Source: Acidobacteriota bacterium | GTDB lineage: Bacteria; Acidobacteriota; Blastocatellia; RBC074 | NCBI GenBank assembly: GCA_016715865.1 | Contig: JADJXM010000006.1 | Location: 65,486-129,485, forward strand | Length of the DNA stretch: 64,000 bases | Direction: 5' to 3' | Shown here: positions 1 to 19,512 of the stretch, one piece after another | Position numbering within the stretch: position 1 is the first letter of the stretch | Layout: each line of letters opens with the position of its first letter | Made by a program: the position numbers and the translations under genes | Notes under the pieces: generated by a model | Database searches by the model: none | The model's input: only the letters and a program-made list of their open reading frames with translations | Told to the model about the DNA's origin: nothing

Positions 1-422
1 ATGCGGACGGGCTGCCCGATGTGTTGAGCAGCTCGGCTCACGGGGTCGGCATCTGGTGGCACAAACAGACGAAAACGACCGATGGCCAGAAAAAATTCAT
101 TAAGCATCTAATCGACGACAGTTTTTCGCAGTCGCATTCATTGGAACTTGCCGACATCAATCGCGATGGGCTGCCCGACCTGGTTACGGGCAAGAGGTTC
201 TGGGCTCATGGGCCGAAAGGAGATATCGAACCGAACGCTCCGGCGGTTCTGGTCTGGTTCGAGATGAAGCGCGGCAAGGACGGCGTTCGCTGGATCAAAC
301 ACGTGATCGATGAGGATTCAGGCGTCGGGACGCAGTTCGCCATCGCCGATCTCAACCGCGACCGCAAACCGGACATCGTGACATCGAACAAAAAAGGCGT
401 TCATGTCTTTATTCAAAAATAG
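1..422 (+). CDS. FG-GAP/ASPIC-UnbV-type repeat protein, C-terminal fragment (5' end outside window)
   Basis: Frame-3 ORF is open from the window edge. Recurring DxNxDGxxD-like motifs (ADGLPDV, ADINRDGLPDLV, ADLNRDRKPDIV) are typical of FG-GAP/VCBS repeats. Confidence 0.5.
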   Translation, partial: ADGLPDVLSSSAHGVGIWWHKQTKTTDGQKKFIKHLIDDSFSQSHSLELADINRDGLPDLVTGKRFWAHGPKGDIEPNAPAVLVWFEMKRGKDGVRWIKHVIDEDSGVGTQFAIADLNRDRKPDIVTSNKKGVHVFIQK

Positions 423-487
423 ATGTGGAGTGCGGCGGCCCGGCGCCGCTTTGGCACTGTACCTGGAAGAAATCAGAATGGACTACA

Positions 488-518
<31 letters not shown>

Positions 519-2141
519 ATGCACATCCAGCGTAAAAAGATCTTCGATGTCTGCGTCATCGGTTCAGGCGCGGCGGGCGGATTTATGGCCAAAGAGCTGA
601 CCGCAGCCGGCGCCGATGTCGTCCTGCTGGAAGCCGGAGCGAAAGGGCGTCTGGAAGACCTGGACATTCACACTCCGCCATACGATCTTCCGAAAAACGG
701 ATACGGATTCTACAAGCAGCGATCGCTCTATCCCGACGACATCTCGCGAAGAATCGAATACCGCGGTGACCGCATCTCTGTCGATCGCATCCGCACGCTC
801 GGCGGACGGACGTTTCACTGGAACGCGGCGAGCTTCAGATTCTCGGCCGACGACTTCCGCGAACATTCCCTGCACGGAATCGAGGAGGACTGGCCGCTGA
901 GCTACGACGAACTGTCCCCGTTCTACAGCCACGTCGAACGCGAGATGCACGTTTTCGGAACGCGGGAAAAACTTGAGGTGCTGCCGGACGGTGATTTCGT
1001 GGCCGAGTCTCCGCGACTGCGCTGCTCCGAGGTGATCGCGCAGAGCAGGCTGGCGCGCAAGGGGATCAGACTGATTCCGACGCGCAAGGCGGTGCTCTTG
1101 AAAGGGAAGGCAGGGCGCGGCGGATGCCATTACTGCGGCCACTGCATGGATGTCTGCGATGTCCGCGCGGTCTGGTCGAGCGATATCACTCTCATCCCCG
1201 AAGCGCTGGCCACCGGCAAACTGACTTTGAGGCTCAATGCGCTCGCCCGTGAGATCACAGTCGATGATAAAGGTCTGGCTTCCGGAGTTTCGATAATCGA
1301 CAGGCGCACCGGCAAAGAAGATGTGATTCGCGCGCGCGTTGTCGTCGTCAGTTGCGCTTCGATCGAATCGGCCCGCCTGCTGCTCAATTCGAAGAGCGAA
1401 AAATACCCGAACGGCATCGCCAACTCGAATGATCTGGTCGGAAGATACCTGGGAGGCCATCTCAACACCAGCGCCTTTGGCTGTCTCAAAGACCTGGTCG
1501 GAAAAGACGTTTTTACAGGAGACGGGGCGACCGATCACGCCTACATCCCTCGCTTTAATCACCTGCGCGGAGGGCGCAGAGATTATGTCGGCGGATACGG
1601 CATGCAGCTTAACTACCAGAACTGGCATTGGCCGTACCACGCGAAATCGGTCAGTGGTTTCGGACAGGATTACAAGCGGCGCGTCCGCGATCTTCACCCG
1701 GCGACTCTGCTGGTCGGCGGATGGGGCAAGGTCGAGCATCGCCCGGACAATCGCGTCCTGGTCGATCCGAAGAAGGTGGACAACTACGGCATCCCAATTC
1801 CCATCATCCAGTTCACCTGGGGAGAGAACGATCTGAACCTGTTCCGCGAGATGCGCGAGAGTGTACTTGATGTGCTCGATACGTGCGGAGTCGAGATGAT
1901 TGTCAAGGGAAGCGACGGGCCGGGAGGTTTCGCCAGCCACGAAGTCGGAACCGTCAGGATGGGCAATGATCCAAAGAGTTCGGTCCTCAACTCGTTCTGC
2001 CAGGCACACGAGGTCAAAAACCTCTTCGTCGTCGACGGAAGCAGTTTTACTACTTTTCCGGAAAAGAATCCGACACTGACGATCGCCGCGCTGGCCGTGC
2101 GCAGCGCCCGCTATCTGGCTGATCAGCGCCGGAATTTGTAG
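519..2141 (+). CDS. GMC family FAD-dependent oxidoreductase
   Basis: N-terminal Rossmann motif DVCVIGSGAAGG...LLEAG and a C-terminal GMC signature region. The ORF opens at 423, but ATG 519 (MHIQRKK) gives an N-terminus like the paralog at 52328. Confidence 0.8.
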   Translation: MHIQRKKIFDVCVIGSGAAGGFMAKELTAAGADVVLLEAGAKGRLEDLDIHTPPYDLPKNGYGFYKQRSLYPDDISRRIEYRGDRISVDRIRTLGGRTFHWNAASFRFSADDFREHSLHGIEEDWPLSYDELSPFYSHVEREMHVFGTREKLEVLPDGDFVAESPRLRCSEVIAQSRLARKGIRLIPTRKAVLLKGKAGRGGCHYCGHCMDVCDVRAVWSSDITLIPEALATGKLTLRLNALAREITVDDKGLASGVSIIDRRTGKEDVIRARVVVVSCASIESARLLLNSKSEKYPNGIANSNDLVGRYLGGHLNTSAFGCLKDLVGKDVFTGDGATDHAYIPRFNHLRGGRRDYVGGYGMQLNYQNWHWPYHAKSVSGFGQDYKRRVRDLHPATLLVGGWGKVEHRPDNRVLVDPKKVDNYGIPIPIIQFTWGENDLNLFREMRESVLDVLDTCGVEMIVKGSDGPGGFASHEVGTVRMGNDPKSSVLNSFCQAHEVKNLFVVDGSSFTTFPEKNPTLTIAALAVRSARYLADQRRNL

Positions 2142-2306
2142 GGAAAGTTTCCAGCTAAGAAGTTTCCAGTTGTCAGTTTCCAGTTTCCAGTATTCGAGAT
2201 TGCAAATGTAATAACTTTTCAGATATACGCAATCAACAGGATACTTCTTTCACTGGAAACTGGAAACTTCTTCTAACTGGAAACTTCTTTCACTGGAAAC
2301 TTCCCA
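2142..2306. repeat. Hairpin element G1: imperfect inverted repeat with arms of tandem GTTTCCA(G) units around a roughly 45-nt unique core
   Basis: Left arm gtttccag...gtttccagtttccag, right arm ctggaaactggaaac...ctggaaac. Lies between the convergent GMC and lactonase genes. Confidence 0.7.
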
Positions 2307-2311
2307 GCTCT

Positions 2312-3479
<1,168 letters not shown>

Positions 3480-3483
<4 letters not shown>

Positions 3484-5225
3484 TAGCGCCAGCTTGTCAG
3501 ATCAGCACCTCGAGGCGCCGATTTTTTGATTCGTTCGAGAATCTTCGGCACGTACATCTGATTGTATCTCAGTCGTGACAGATGATTCGGCAGTGTCTGA
3601 TCGCCGTTCCAGCAGTGCTCGGCGCGATCTCCGTAATCGACCTCTCCGCCGTAAAACGGGTTCTTCGTCCCCTTGAGAAATTCCTCGACCAGATAGACGG
3701 CATTGTTGAGATAGTAGTTGTCCATATCGCCGCAATAGATATGAATCTTGCCTTCGAGTTTCGGACCGAGCTTTGCCCAGTCGCGTTTGAGGATGTGGCC
3801 GAGATCGTAGTTCTCGCGCCAGTATTCAGCGACCGATCGATCGATCTCTCCGGTCATCTTGTCCCAGATCGGTTTCGGATAGCCGTCCGCGCCGGCGGGC
3901 GAATAGACGGCCTGCCAGATATCCCACTGATCGCCCGAGCGGCTTTTGGTCCCCAGCGCCAGCTCGCGGTGATTCATCTCTTCGAGCGTGGCCGAAACGT
4001 GCCCCAGGTAATCGCGATGCCCCGGGCGCGGCGTCCGCTTCCATCTGCTGTCGAGGTAATAGGCGTTCTTGTCTTCATAAATATTGACGACGGTGTAGGC
4101 CCGAAAGTCGATCGGATCAGGACAGGCCGCGAAACATCCGTTGAACATATCCGGATAGAAGACCTGAGTCGCCAGGGCCTCCCAGCCTCCAGTCGATCCG
4201 CCGTAGGTGAATCGTGCCCAGCCCTCTCCGATGCCTCGAAACTTCTCCTCGATATACGGGATCAGCTCGTGATTGATGGCATCGCCATACGGCCCCAGAT
4301 TGGCCGAGTTGACGGCGTACGAATCATCGTAATATGGATTGGCGTGCTGGATTTCGATGATCAGAAACCGGGGATAGTTCGAGCCGGTCCATTCCTGATA
4401 GAACTTGTGTGCATATTCCTGAACAATGCGGTTGTATCCCGAAAGCTTGAACCTCTCGCTGTAATCGGGCTTTAGATCAGGGTCCGGAGGGGTTTCGCGA
4501 AAACCTCCGAAAGTGTATGGAAAATGGCCGTGGAAGACCATGAGCGGATAACGAGCATTTGGATGCGCATCGAAGCCCTCGGGCAGCAGAATGTTTGCGC
4601 CGAGGTACATCGGTCGGCCCCAGAACTCGCTCAGCTTTTTGCTTTGAATGCGGATATTCTTGATGTATTTCGTATCCTTCGGAGGCTCGATCCGGGGGAT
4701 CTCCTGATCGAGGATGATCGCGACGGTTTGAGCCTTTCGTCGATCTATCGTGATCTGAACGGGTTTGCTGTAGATGTTGCCCGGCGCAAGGTTCCAGTGC
4801 TGGCCTTCACCACGGTCCATCGGCAGTTTCACCGTATGGCCGTCGGCGCGGCGAAAAGTTTCATACTTGTGAAGCAGGGCCTGCACCCAGTAGGTTCCCG
4901 CCGGGACCCGATCGAGGCTTTTGACGGGGTAACCGAAAGCGCCGGCGTCGATCACCGCACGCTGTCCAGGTTTGAGACCGTCGACATCGATGCCGAATAC
5001 CTGCTGCGTCTTAACCGAATCGTTGATCTGCATCCGGGGTTCCTGCGATCCGTCGGTCGAAATGAGCAGCAGCAGTCTGCCGTCAAGCGGCGCTCGGCTG
5101 CGCTCGACCGGAAATGAGATCGCAAAGCTCACTGCCGATCGCTGCGCCTTCACCCCGCCCTGCTGCGCCAGCACTACGATCGACAAAGAAATGAGAAACA
5201 GAATTGTAAATCGCCTGAGCATCAT
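3480..5225 (-). CDS. Secreted alpha/beta-hydrolase, 'putative esterase' (enterochelin-esterase-like) family
   Basis: Signal peptide MMLRRFTILFLISLSIVVLAQ. GxSxGG nucleophile motif (GGSTGGW). A 4-nt ATGA overlap couples it to the downstream lactonase. The ORF is open to 5351, but the SD-supported start is ATGATG at 5225. Confidence 0.6.
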
Positions 5226-5231
5226 CGGATC

Positions 5232-5238
5232 TCCTTTA
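5232..5238 (-). promoter_or_regulatory. Shine-Dalgarno AAAGGAG, 6 nt upstream of the esterase start
   Basis: Minus-strand sequence gagTAAaggagatccgATGATG: stop codon of the upstream gene, the SD, then the start. Confidence 0.5.
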
Positions 5239-5697
5239 CTCAGCGATTCGCGTCGCCTGGTGGGCCACCATCTTCCAGTCTTCGCCGATCTTCGAATAGA
5301 CGTGAATGTAGCGGGCATTGGTATCGATCTTTGCTCCGCGTGCTGTGACATGCACGTCCCAGTGGCAAGTGACGACCGCAGTGTCTCCGTATACCTTGAT
5401 GCGCCGATCGTTGCGCGTCATCGATTCGTATTTGGTCTCGCCTGATCTGATCTTGGTGATGTAGGTCGCCTTGTCATCGACGCTGCCGTTCGAGTGGGTG
5501 TAGATCAGCGTATCGGCATAAATTTTATCGAGCCCATCGACATCCGATGCGACAAGCGCTTTGTCCCAGTCGTCTTCCAGTTTGAGAATCGTAGTTTCAA
5601 CATCGATCACCGGCATCTTCTCCTCCTTCGTCTGACAAGCGATCAGTAATTGAGAAACAACCAGAATTAACGCGGCGGAAAACAGATATTTTCTCAT
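5236..5697 (-). CDS. Lipoprotein with NTF2-like (SnoaL/DUF4440-type) fold
   Basis: Lipoprotein signal (LLIAC lipobox) and a small alpha+beta barrel-type sequence. Family assignment is tentative. Confidence 0.45.
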   Translation of the reverse strand: MRKYLFSAALILVVSQLLIACQTKEEKMPVIDVETTILKLEDDWDKALVASDVDGLDKIYADTLIYTHSNGSVDDKATYITKIRSGETKYESMTRNDRRIKVYGDTAVVTCHWDVHVTARGAKIDTNARYIHVYSKIGEDWKMVAHQATRIAE

Positions 5698-5717
5698 TGC
5701 GGGGTAACCTTTCTGAT

Positions 5718-5820
5718 GAGTTGAAAGTAGAAAGTTGAAAGTCAGAGCGCTTGAGGCCCGGGCGGGTTTCTAACCACCGCCGAATCGCGGTTCATACTTT
5801 CAACTTTTAACTTTCAACTT
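5718..5820. repeat. Hairpin element A1: arms gttgaaagtagaaagttgaaagt / actttcaacttttaactttcaac around a roughly 50-nt core
   Basis: Inverted tandem heptamers (GTTGAAA/AGTAGAA) between the lipoprotein start and the decarboxylase stop. Confidence 0.7.
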
Positions 5821-5822
5821 TA

Positions 5823-7241
<1,419 letters not shown>

Positions 7242-7288
7242 GATGATGAGTCCTGTTTGATAATGGAATCACGGGCGCTCGATGTCGC

Positions 7289-8181
7289 TCACGTTCTGAC
7301 AATCGATTCGACCGCGGCTCTGATGACATACCCTGAGCGATCGAGCGCGGCCCGCGCTTCGTCCGCCGCCGCGCCTGCATGAAGCATAACGATGGCGACT
7401 CGCAGATCCCAGTCTGCAGCCTCGAGCGTCCCGGCGGCTTCCATCTCAGTCACGCCGCACTCGGCCACGACGATTCCAATCGCCCGCTGCCTGAGCTTGA
7501 TATTACGGGTCTGCAGGTTGGTCATGCGATTGCCGGTGACATACCCGAGACGGACCATGGTCAAGGTCGACAGCATATTGAGCACCAGCTTTTGGGCTGT
7601 GCCTGATTTCAGCCGTGTCGAGCCCGCGATGACTTCAGGGCCGGGGACCGGCTCGATCGGAATCTCCACGGCTCGGGCCAGTTCCGTGTTTTGATTGCAG
7701 GTGACGCAGGCAGTCAGGGCTCCGATGCTGCGCGCATATTCTACCGCGCCGATGGTGTACGGCGTGCGCCCGCTGGCGGCGATTCCGACGACCACATCAT
7801 GCGCGGTCAGCTTCTTCGCCTGCAGATCTGTTGCCCCAGCCTCGCGATCGTCTTCAGATGCCTCGATTGACCTGTAACACGCTTCATATCCGCCGGCGAT
7901 AATTCCCTGAACCATCTCCGGCGAGACGCCGAAGGTCGGCGGACATTCTGAAGCATCGAGCACTCCGAGCCTTCCGCTGGTCCCTGTCCCAACATAAAAG
8001 AGACGGCCCCCACGCTGCAGCCTCTCGACAATGCCGTCGACCGCTTTAGCAACTGCCGGAAGGACTTTCTCGACCGCTTCGGCGACCTTTTTATCTTCGC
8101 TGTTGATGACCTGCAACGCCTCGAGTGTCGGCAATTGGTCGATCTGTGAAGTCGCTGGGTTGATCTGTTCGGTTGTCGTCA
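7289..8181 (-). CDS. murQ: N-acetylmuramic acid 6-phosphate etherase
   Basis: SIS domain with the GTGTSGRLG motif and a MurQ-like N-terminus (MTTTEQ...). The upstream ORF extension to 8272 merely reads through repeat G2. Confidence 0.75.
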
Positions 8182-8185
8182 TAAT

Positions 8186-8282
8186 TAGAAGAAGTTTCCA
8201 GCGGAAGAAGTTTCCAGTTTCCAGTGACACAAAGTTTCCTGTACCAACTGGAAACTGGAAACTTTCTCTCACTGGAAACTAC
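8186..8282. repeat. Hairpin element G2 (GTTTCCA-arm family)
   Basis: gaagtttccagtttccagtg ... cactggaaactggaaac. Confidence 0.7.
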
Positions 8283-9284
8283 TTATGATTCCAGAGTCAT
8301 AGCCTTGGCCATCATAGCGGCTCCGATGACAGGCGGATCGATCGGCGCAGCGACGACCGCTTTGGGAGCGGCTTCGCGAATCAGATCACGCATCGGATCA
8401 AGAATCAGATCACCGGCTTCGAAGACGCCGCCGACATAGGAAACAATGATTGTCTCCTGTGCCATGCGAAGCTGCTCGATGACTGCGATGGCCGCGCGCG
8501 CAAGCTCCTCAGCGGCATCCTTCAAAATCTGACGCGCGACCGAATCGCCATCCGCCGCGGCTTTGACAACGATCCGCGAAAGTTGTGAAATCATGGCGGG
8601 GACTTCACCCGGCGAGTCATATATCACGGGCGGAAGCTCGGGCGGAGTTGTAACGCCGAAATGGCGCAAAACCGGCTCCATCATACTGGTCGGCTCTCCG
8701 CGATAATCCCAGGCCATGACTACGGCTTCGAGCGCGCGCCGGCCGATGTAAGATCCACTGCCCTCATCGCCCATAGCCGGCCCCCATCCGCCGGCCCTTG
8801 CGAATCGACCGCGAGTGTTGATCCCGCACGCGATCGAGCCCGTCCCGGCAATGATCACGACTCCGGGCTGATTGCGGGTCGCTCCAGCCAGCGCAACGCG
8901 GGCGTCCGTTTCAAGCGTGATGTGGGGAACAGGCAATGCATTCTTCAGTGCCGAGAGCATACGGGCGTGATGTTCGGGATGCGAGACGCCGGCCAGACCG
9001 ATACATGCGGCCGTGATTTTCGTAACCTCGATGCCAGCCTGATGACAGGCCTCATCGACCGCAATCCGTACATGCCCGATCGCAGCTTCCAGTCCGACGC
9101 GGATGAAATTGGCCGCCTCGGCGCGACCTTCACCGCATACTCGATCATTCTCATCTACTATCACCGCGCGGCAATTGGTGCCGCCCCCATCTACCCCCAG
9201 CCAGTAGCTGAGCGGTTCTCCACCTTCTTCCTCTTCTGGTTCGTTTTTTGGCGGTTCTGTCAAAACTGTTTCTATCAAACCCAT
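8283..9284 (-). CDS. BadF/BadG/BcrA/BcrD-type ATPase (N-acetylglucosamine/MurNAc kinase-like)
   Basis: LGVDGGGTNCR phosphate-1 motif of the ASKHA sugar-kinase superfamily. Sits in a cluster with murQ. Confidence 0.6.
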   Translation of the reverse strand: MGLIETVLTEPPKNEPEEEEGGEPLSYWLGVDGGGTNCRAVIVDENDRVCGEGRAEAANFIRVGLEAAIGHVRIAVDEACHQAGIEVTKITAACIGLAGVSHPEHHARMLSALKNALPVPHITLETDARVALAGATRNQPGVVIIAGTGSIACGINTRGRFARAGGWGPAMGDEGSGSYIGRRALEAVVMAWDYRGEPTSMMEPVLRHFGVTTPPELPPVIYDSPGEVPAMISQLSRIVVKAAADGDSVARQILKDAAEELARAAIAVIEQLRMAQETIIVSYVGGVFEAGDLILDPMRDLIREAAPKAVVAAPIDPPVIGAAMMAKAMTLES

Positions 9285-9619
9285 ATTCTTTAACAGGCTC
9301 AGGATAATTTAATCCGGTTTGGAACCGGCAGGAAAGCGTTCCGTATGAGGCGCTTTTCGGCGACGCCGTCCTTTGAAATTTTCAGGGCTCTTTAGTGAAT
9401 AATCCGGATGGAACGGTGTCTTTCCTTCATCAGATCATCATCATACACTTGCCATGTCGAGAAAGAAAACCAAAAACTTCCTAAAATATTTCGTTTGAAC
9501 TCTGACGCCCGTGACTGTATGATTTGAAAAGGAATTCGGCTGATTTGCCTGGAATTCGTGATTCGTGCGCTTACCCCCCTTTATCTACACCCGGAGAATC
9601 ACCTATCTTCCCAGATGGC

Positions 9620-11377
<1,758 letters not shown>

Positions 11378-11384
11378 GATTAAG

Positions 11385-11459
<75 letters not shown>

Positions 11460-11464
11460 AATGA

Positions 11465-12471
<1,007 letters not shown>

Positions 12472-12518
12472 TGACGTGCCTCCGACACGATATTCGCTAT
12501 GCATTCTAAATCAGACTT

Positions 12519-13070
12519 ATGAAATTTAGCACTGTGAACAGGATAAGCAAGGGAGATGAAGGCAGGTTTCCAGGCAAATTGCAGCTTGACGACCCGGTCT
12601 CGATGCGTTACAAAAGGATGGAATTTTTGTCGATCCGGATCCGCTCCATTCCCTCTGGACGCGGATCAGAGAAGGTGCCTCTGCGTTTACTTCAAAAGAA
12701 CAAAAGGCAGGAGTCTGGCTTGCGAAACATACCGCGCTTTTGCTCCCTTGACGGATTCACCGAGTTGAGTTCAGCGCTCGGGGGTGTCGCGCTGCGAACG
12801 CTTGAGCCGTTCGATACCGTTTGTGCGCGGACATTGAATAACGACTATTACATCTTCCTGATTGAACCTGAATCGGGCAAGGCTCTGGTTCAGGGAGGCC
12901 GTTATTTCTCACAGCCCATCGAAGCCACCGTCAGCGGGTCCACCTTTGGCGGATGCATGCTCAAGATGGGCTGGCTCGGCATCGGCCTGCACATCGAAAT
13001 CTGCGCATCAGGCCAGCGCATCGTCACCTCGCCGGTCCAATCGCTTCACATCGAATATGCCGGCAACTAA
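12519..13070 (+). CDS. Hypothetical protein (weak PilZ-like resemblance at best)
   Basis: ORF only, with no confident motif. It is convergent with vanZ. Confidence 0.25.
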   Translation: MKFSTVNRISKGDEGRFPGKLQLDDPVSMRYKRMEFLSIRIRSIPSGRGSEKVPLRLLQKNKRQESGLRNIPRFCSLDGFTELSSALGGVALRTLEPFDTVCARTLNNDYYIFLIEPESGKALVQGGRYFSQPIEATVSGSTFGGCMLKMGWLGIGLHIEICASGQRIVTSPVQSLHIEYAGN

Positions 13071-13504
13071 CCCGCTTTTCTCTTCGCGTATAGTCGAATC
13101 AGTCCCAGTATCACCAGTCCGCCAGTCACGTCGATCGCGCTGTCGATCAATGATCCGTATCGCGTAGCTGTAAAGGTCTGATGGAATTCATCGAGCAGCG
13201 CATACGAGACAAGTATGATCAGCGTTCCGATGAACCAGCTCTGACGCCAGAGATCCCGCGCCCGGCCGCGAAATGCTCTGAAGAGCAGAGCCGCCAGTAT
13301 TCCATATTCAGTGAAATGGGCTGCTTTTCGAATCAGAAAATGGATCCGGTCGAGAGCGGGTGGATTCAGATGGATATCGAAGAAGCTGAGAATCGATTCA
13401 AGATACGATCCGGTATATTCGCCTGAGAATGTATCGGTCGAAAAATAGAAGATCATTGCCATCCAGGCCAGTGGAGGCAGCCAGTATCCGAGCATCTGTG
13501 TCAT
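13067..13504 (-). CDS. VanZ-family membrane protein
   Basis: Four transmembrane segments and the RKAAHFTEYG motif characteristic of VanZ-like proteins. Confidence 0.65.
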   Translation of the reverse strand: MTQMLGYWLPPLAWMAMIFYFSTDTFSGEYTGSYLESILSFFDIHLNPPALDRIHFLIRKAAHFTEYGILAALLFRAFRGRARDLWRQSWFIGTLIILVSYALLDEFHQTFTATRYGSLIDSAIDVTGGLVILGLIRLYAKRKAG

Positions 13505-13521
13505 TAAAGTATTTCGATCGA

Positions 13522-14406
<885 letters not shown>

Positions 14407-14430
14407 ACTCGATTCCCGTAACCCGGCGAA

Positions 14431-16526
<2,096 letters not shown>

Positions 16527-16563
16527 ATATCGATTATTCCGTTCGTAAGATAATAGGACAGGC

Positions 16564-17148
16564 CTATCTGGCTTTGCTCAGCTCCTGTCCGGCTCGCTCG
16601 ACCAGTTTTTTATCGTCTTCAACCGTCAATTCGCGACGGATCATCTGCTCAGCCAGCTCGACCGACTTGGTAGCCGTGAATTCCCTCAGATCAGCCAGGG
16701 CGATCTGACGGGCCGCGTCGATATCGCGCACCGCAGTCGCTCGAACCTTCTCAAGATCGCGCTGAGTCTCGGTCTGAATCCGCTCCCGTTCAACAATCGA
16801 TTCCCGTTCAGCCTGGGCCTTGATCTCGCCGATCTCGATGTCCAGCCGGTCAAGCCGCGCATCCAGATCGGCCATCTTCGCTGCTGCTTCGTCCTTCTCT
16901 CTTGCCGCGCGCTCGAGCGTCTTGCGCACATCCGCCAGTCGCGACTGGAAAAAGCCTCGAATCGGCTTGCGGACCAGAAAGTACATAACCCCGACAAAGA
17001 TCGCGAGGTTGACGGCCTTGGCAATGCCCGGATGAATTCCGCCTCCGCCGCTCAGCAAAAACAACGGTTGTATCTCTAAAAATGACATTGGAATATAAAA
17101 CGCTGCGAATGAAACGTTCCGGGACCAGAGACTATCAGTTGTCTTCAT
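16564..17148 (-). CDS. atpF: F1Fo ATP synthase subunit b
   Basis: Single N-terminal transmembrane segment followed by a long charged coiled-coil. Position in the operon supports the call. Confidence 0.7.
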   Translation of the reverse strand: MKTTDSLWSRNVSFAAFYIPMSFLEIQPLFLLSGGGGIHPGIAKAVNLAIFVGVMYFLVRKPIRGFFQSRLADVRKTLERAAREKDEAAAKMADLDARLDRLDIEIGEIKAQAERESIVERERIQTETQRDLEKVRATAVRDIDAARQIALADLREFTATKSVELAEQMIRRELTVEDDKKLVERAGQELSKAR

Positions 17149-17154
17149 AAAGCC

Positions 17155-17634
<480 letters not shown>

Positions 17635-17756
17635 GGCAGAATTCGCCTCTCCTCTCGTCCCGATACCCCGACAGAGTCCTTCCAGAGTTTACTTTGTGAT
17701 ACCGCTGATAGGGTCGAAATCTGTCGGTTTAGTTAAGCGAGAATAATTAGCACAGA

Positions 17757-17780
17757 AATTCACAAAGTGTCAACCTGACT
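17757..17780. repeat. Candidate attL-like direct repeat: aaattcac...cacaaagtgtcaac
   Basis: A 14-nt exact match plus an 8-nt flank match to 27741..27767 (a 7-nt indel between them). It bounds the low-GC region that contains both integrases. Confidence 0.4.
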
Positions 17781-18240
17781 ATGATGAACCCTGCATCGTC
17801 CTATGACGTTTTATGTCGTTTTATTGAGGTTTACAGCCGCAGGGAGAAGCGGCAATGACGGTTTAGGACGGTCTATGTAACGGTAATTTGCCTCTGAGGA
17901 GCCTCAGAGAATTGCCAACGCCCGAATCAAATCATCTGAGAAGGGGCGAAAGATCAAGTTTCGTCCCTTCAGGGCGTTTTCAGCCTGGATGACGTTCACC
18001 GCGTCAACCAAGCCTAACCAAAAACGCGAAGTGACCGCGATGCTGGCTGATTTAATTTTATCAAATTCTGGTAAATCTTCCAGTCTTCCCTTACCGCTTC
18101 GCCTTTTATTGAAAGGGCGATCATGAGCCACAAACAGAAAATTTCTTTTGAATCAGAGCATAAGGCTTTTTCTTATCTCTTCGCAGGATTGATAACCCTT
18201 TGCGCCTTCCCTGTCCTGGCCTATCACTACGCGACCACGC

Positions 18241-18861
18241 TTGAAGGCTTTGCATATTCTTGCCACTGGCGGCCTTTTTGGCGACCGATGCCGTCAGTGG
18301 TTTGCAGCGCATTGGAGCGTTAAAACCAGATCATCAGCAATGCGGGCCGTCTCTCTTATCGTCAAATTTTTGATTGCGACTGTTGCCGTTTGCGTGGCCG
18401 CAGTCGTGATTTTGTTGATGAGAGGCGACCGCCAGACCGAAACAATGATTCGCCAGCAATCCGAAGCGCGAAAAATCGAGATCGAGGCGAGGGCCGAGGC
18501 TGCGGCGAAGCTCGCCCAGGTCAAAGGCGGGCGGGCCGCATCACGCGAAGCAATGAAGATGAACGAGACGCGAGGCTCGAGGCCGCGACCACTGAGACCA
18601 GATCGAATCTCGAAAAACGAATCCCCAGAGATGGTTTCGGATTTTGGCGTCTATGCAATCCCACCTATTGTGGCCATTCTGGGAGCTTTGGCCTTGACGA
18701 TCACAGCTACCATTATCAAAAAGCACGAAGCTGAAGAAGAAGCGATCAGCCTCGAGCCTTTACGATTCTCTTCCCTGCCTGGCGAGCAAGGTAGTAAGCC
18801 TGTCCAGGTCTGGCGCGGAGGCGTCATGGTCGAACCGTCAAAGGATGTACGCCCAAACTGA
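18241..18861 (+). CDS. Hypothetical membrane protein (2 predicted transmembrane segments)
   Basis: ORF only. The start may be the internal Met near 18340. Confidence 0.3.
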   Translation: MKALHILATGGLFGDRCRQWFAAHWSVKTRSSAMRAVSLIVKFLIATVAVCVAAVVILLMRGDRQTETMIRQQSEARKIEIEARAEAAAKLAQVKGGRAASREAMKMNETRGSRPRPLRPDRISKNESPEMVSDFGVYAIPPIVAILGALALTITATIIKKHEAEEEAISLEPLRFSSLPGEQGSKPVQVWRGGVMVEPSKDVRPN

Positions 18862-19512
18862 CAGCGCCGGCGATCATCGCGGCAAGACCGCCGCGCAATC
18901 TTCAATTCAAGTCATTAATGACCAGCCGCGAAATATCTCTTCCACTGGCATTAGTGCCAGCCCAGGCAGAAAGTCAGATATTGGCATTAGTGACAATCAA
19001 GGGATGAAGTCACCCAGACCGAAGACCGGACCGAGGCCGCCGAAACGAAAAGGCTATATATGGTCATCACACGGCGCGGGATGGGATTGTCGAAGAGACG
19101 AACGGATAAACGGCAAGGGGCCGCGTCCGTATGTCGGACATCTCAGCAAAGCCGAATTTGACAGGATCAGGTCAGAAAACAAGACCCCGGCAACCCTTCA
19201 AAAAGCCTTTGAGCTTTGGATTGAAGAAAAAGAAAAATCGAAAGGAATCAACCATGAGCGAAACAATGACCAATGACCAGTCAGCCCAGAATCAACCGCC
19301 TCTTTCACGCTGTCTTGAGAACCTGCAAAAAGCCCTTGCGGATGTCGTCTGTCATCCAGACCTGTCAGGCGATGCGAAGTCATTTCTCATAGACTTCTGC
19401 AAAGTCATTTCTGAAAAGGCTTCTGAATCCGTCAAAGGGGAAAAAGCTTAGTGCCGCAGAATCTAGCAATAAACCAATTGTTGCCACATGTGGCAGAAAA
19501 GGGAAGAGGATC

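Noticed and set aside
564-2009. Long antisense ORFs opposite real genes (for example 564..2009 -, 3582..4475 +, 15079..16044 +, 36325..37509 +, 38207..38740 -, 41480..42484 -, 55403..56548 -, 56896..57705 -)
   Set aside because: They lie entirely within confidently assigned genes on the other strand, have low-complexity Arg/Ala/Pro-rich translations typical of shadow ORFs in high-GC DNA, and carry no motifs.
7289-8272. MRESFQFPVGTGNFVSLETGNFF N-terminal extension of murQ
   Set aside because: This is a translation of the G2 hairpin repeat. The conserved MurQ N-terminus begins at MTTTEQ (8181).
17904-18131. Small minus-strand ORF (75 aa) at the island's left edge as a possible toxin/antitoxin
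   Set aside because: There is no recognisable family, no partner gene and no ribosome-binding site. It is probably non-coding.
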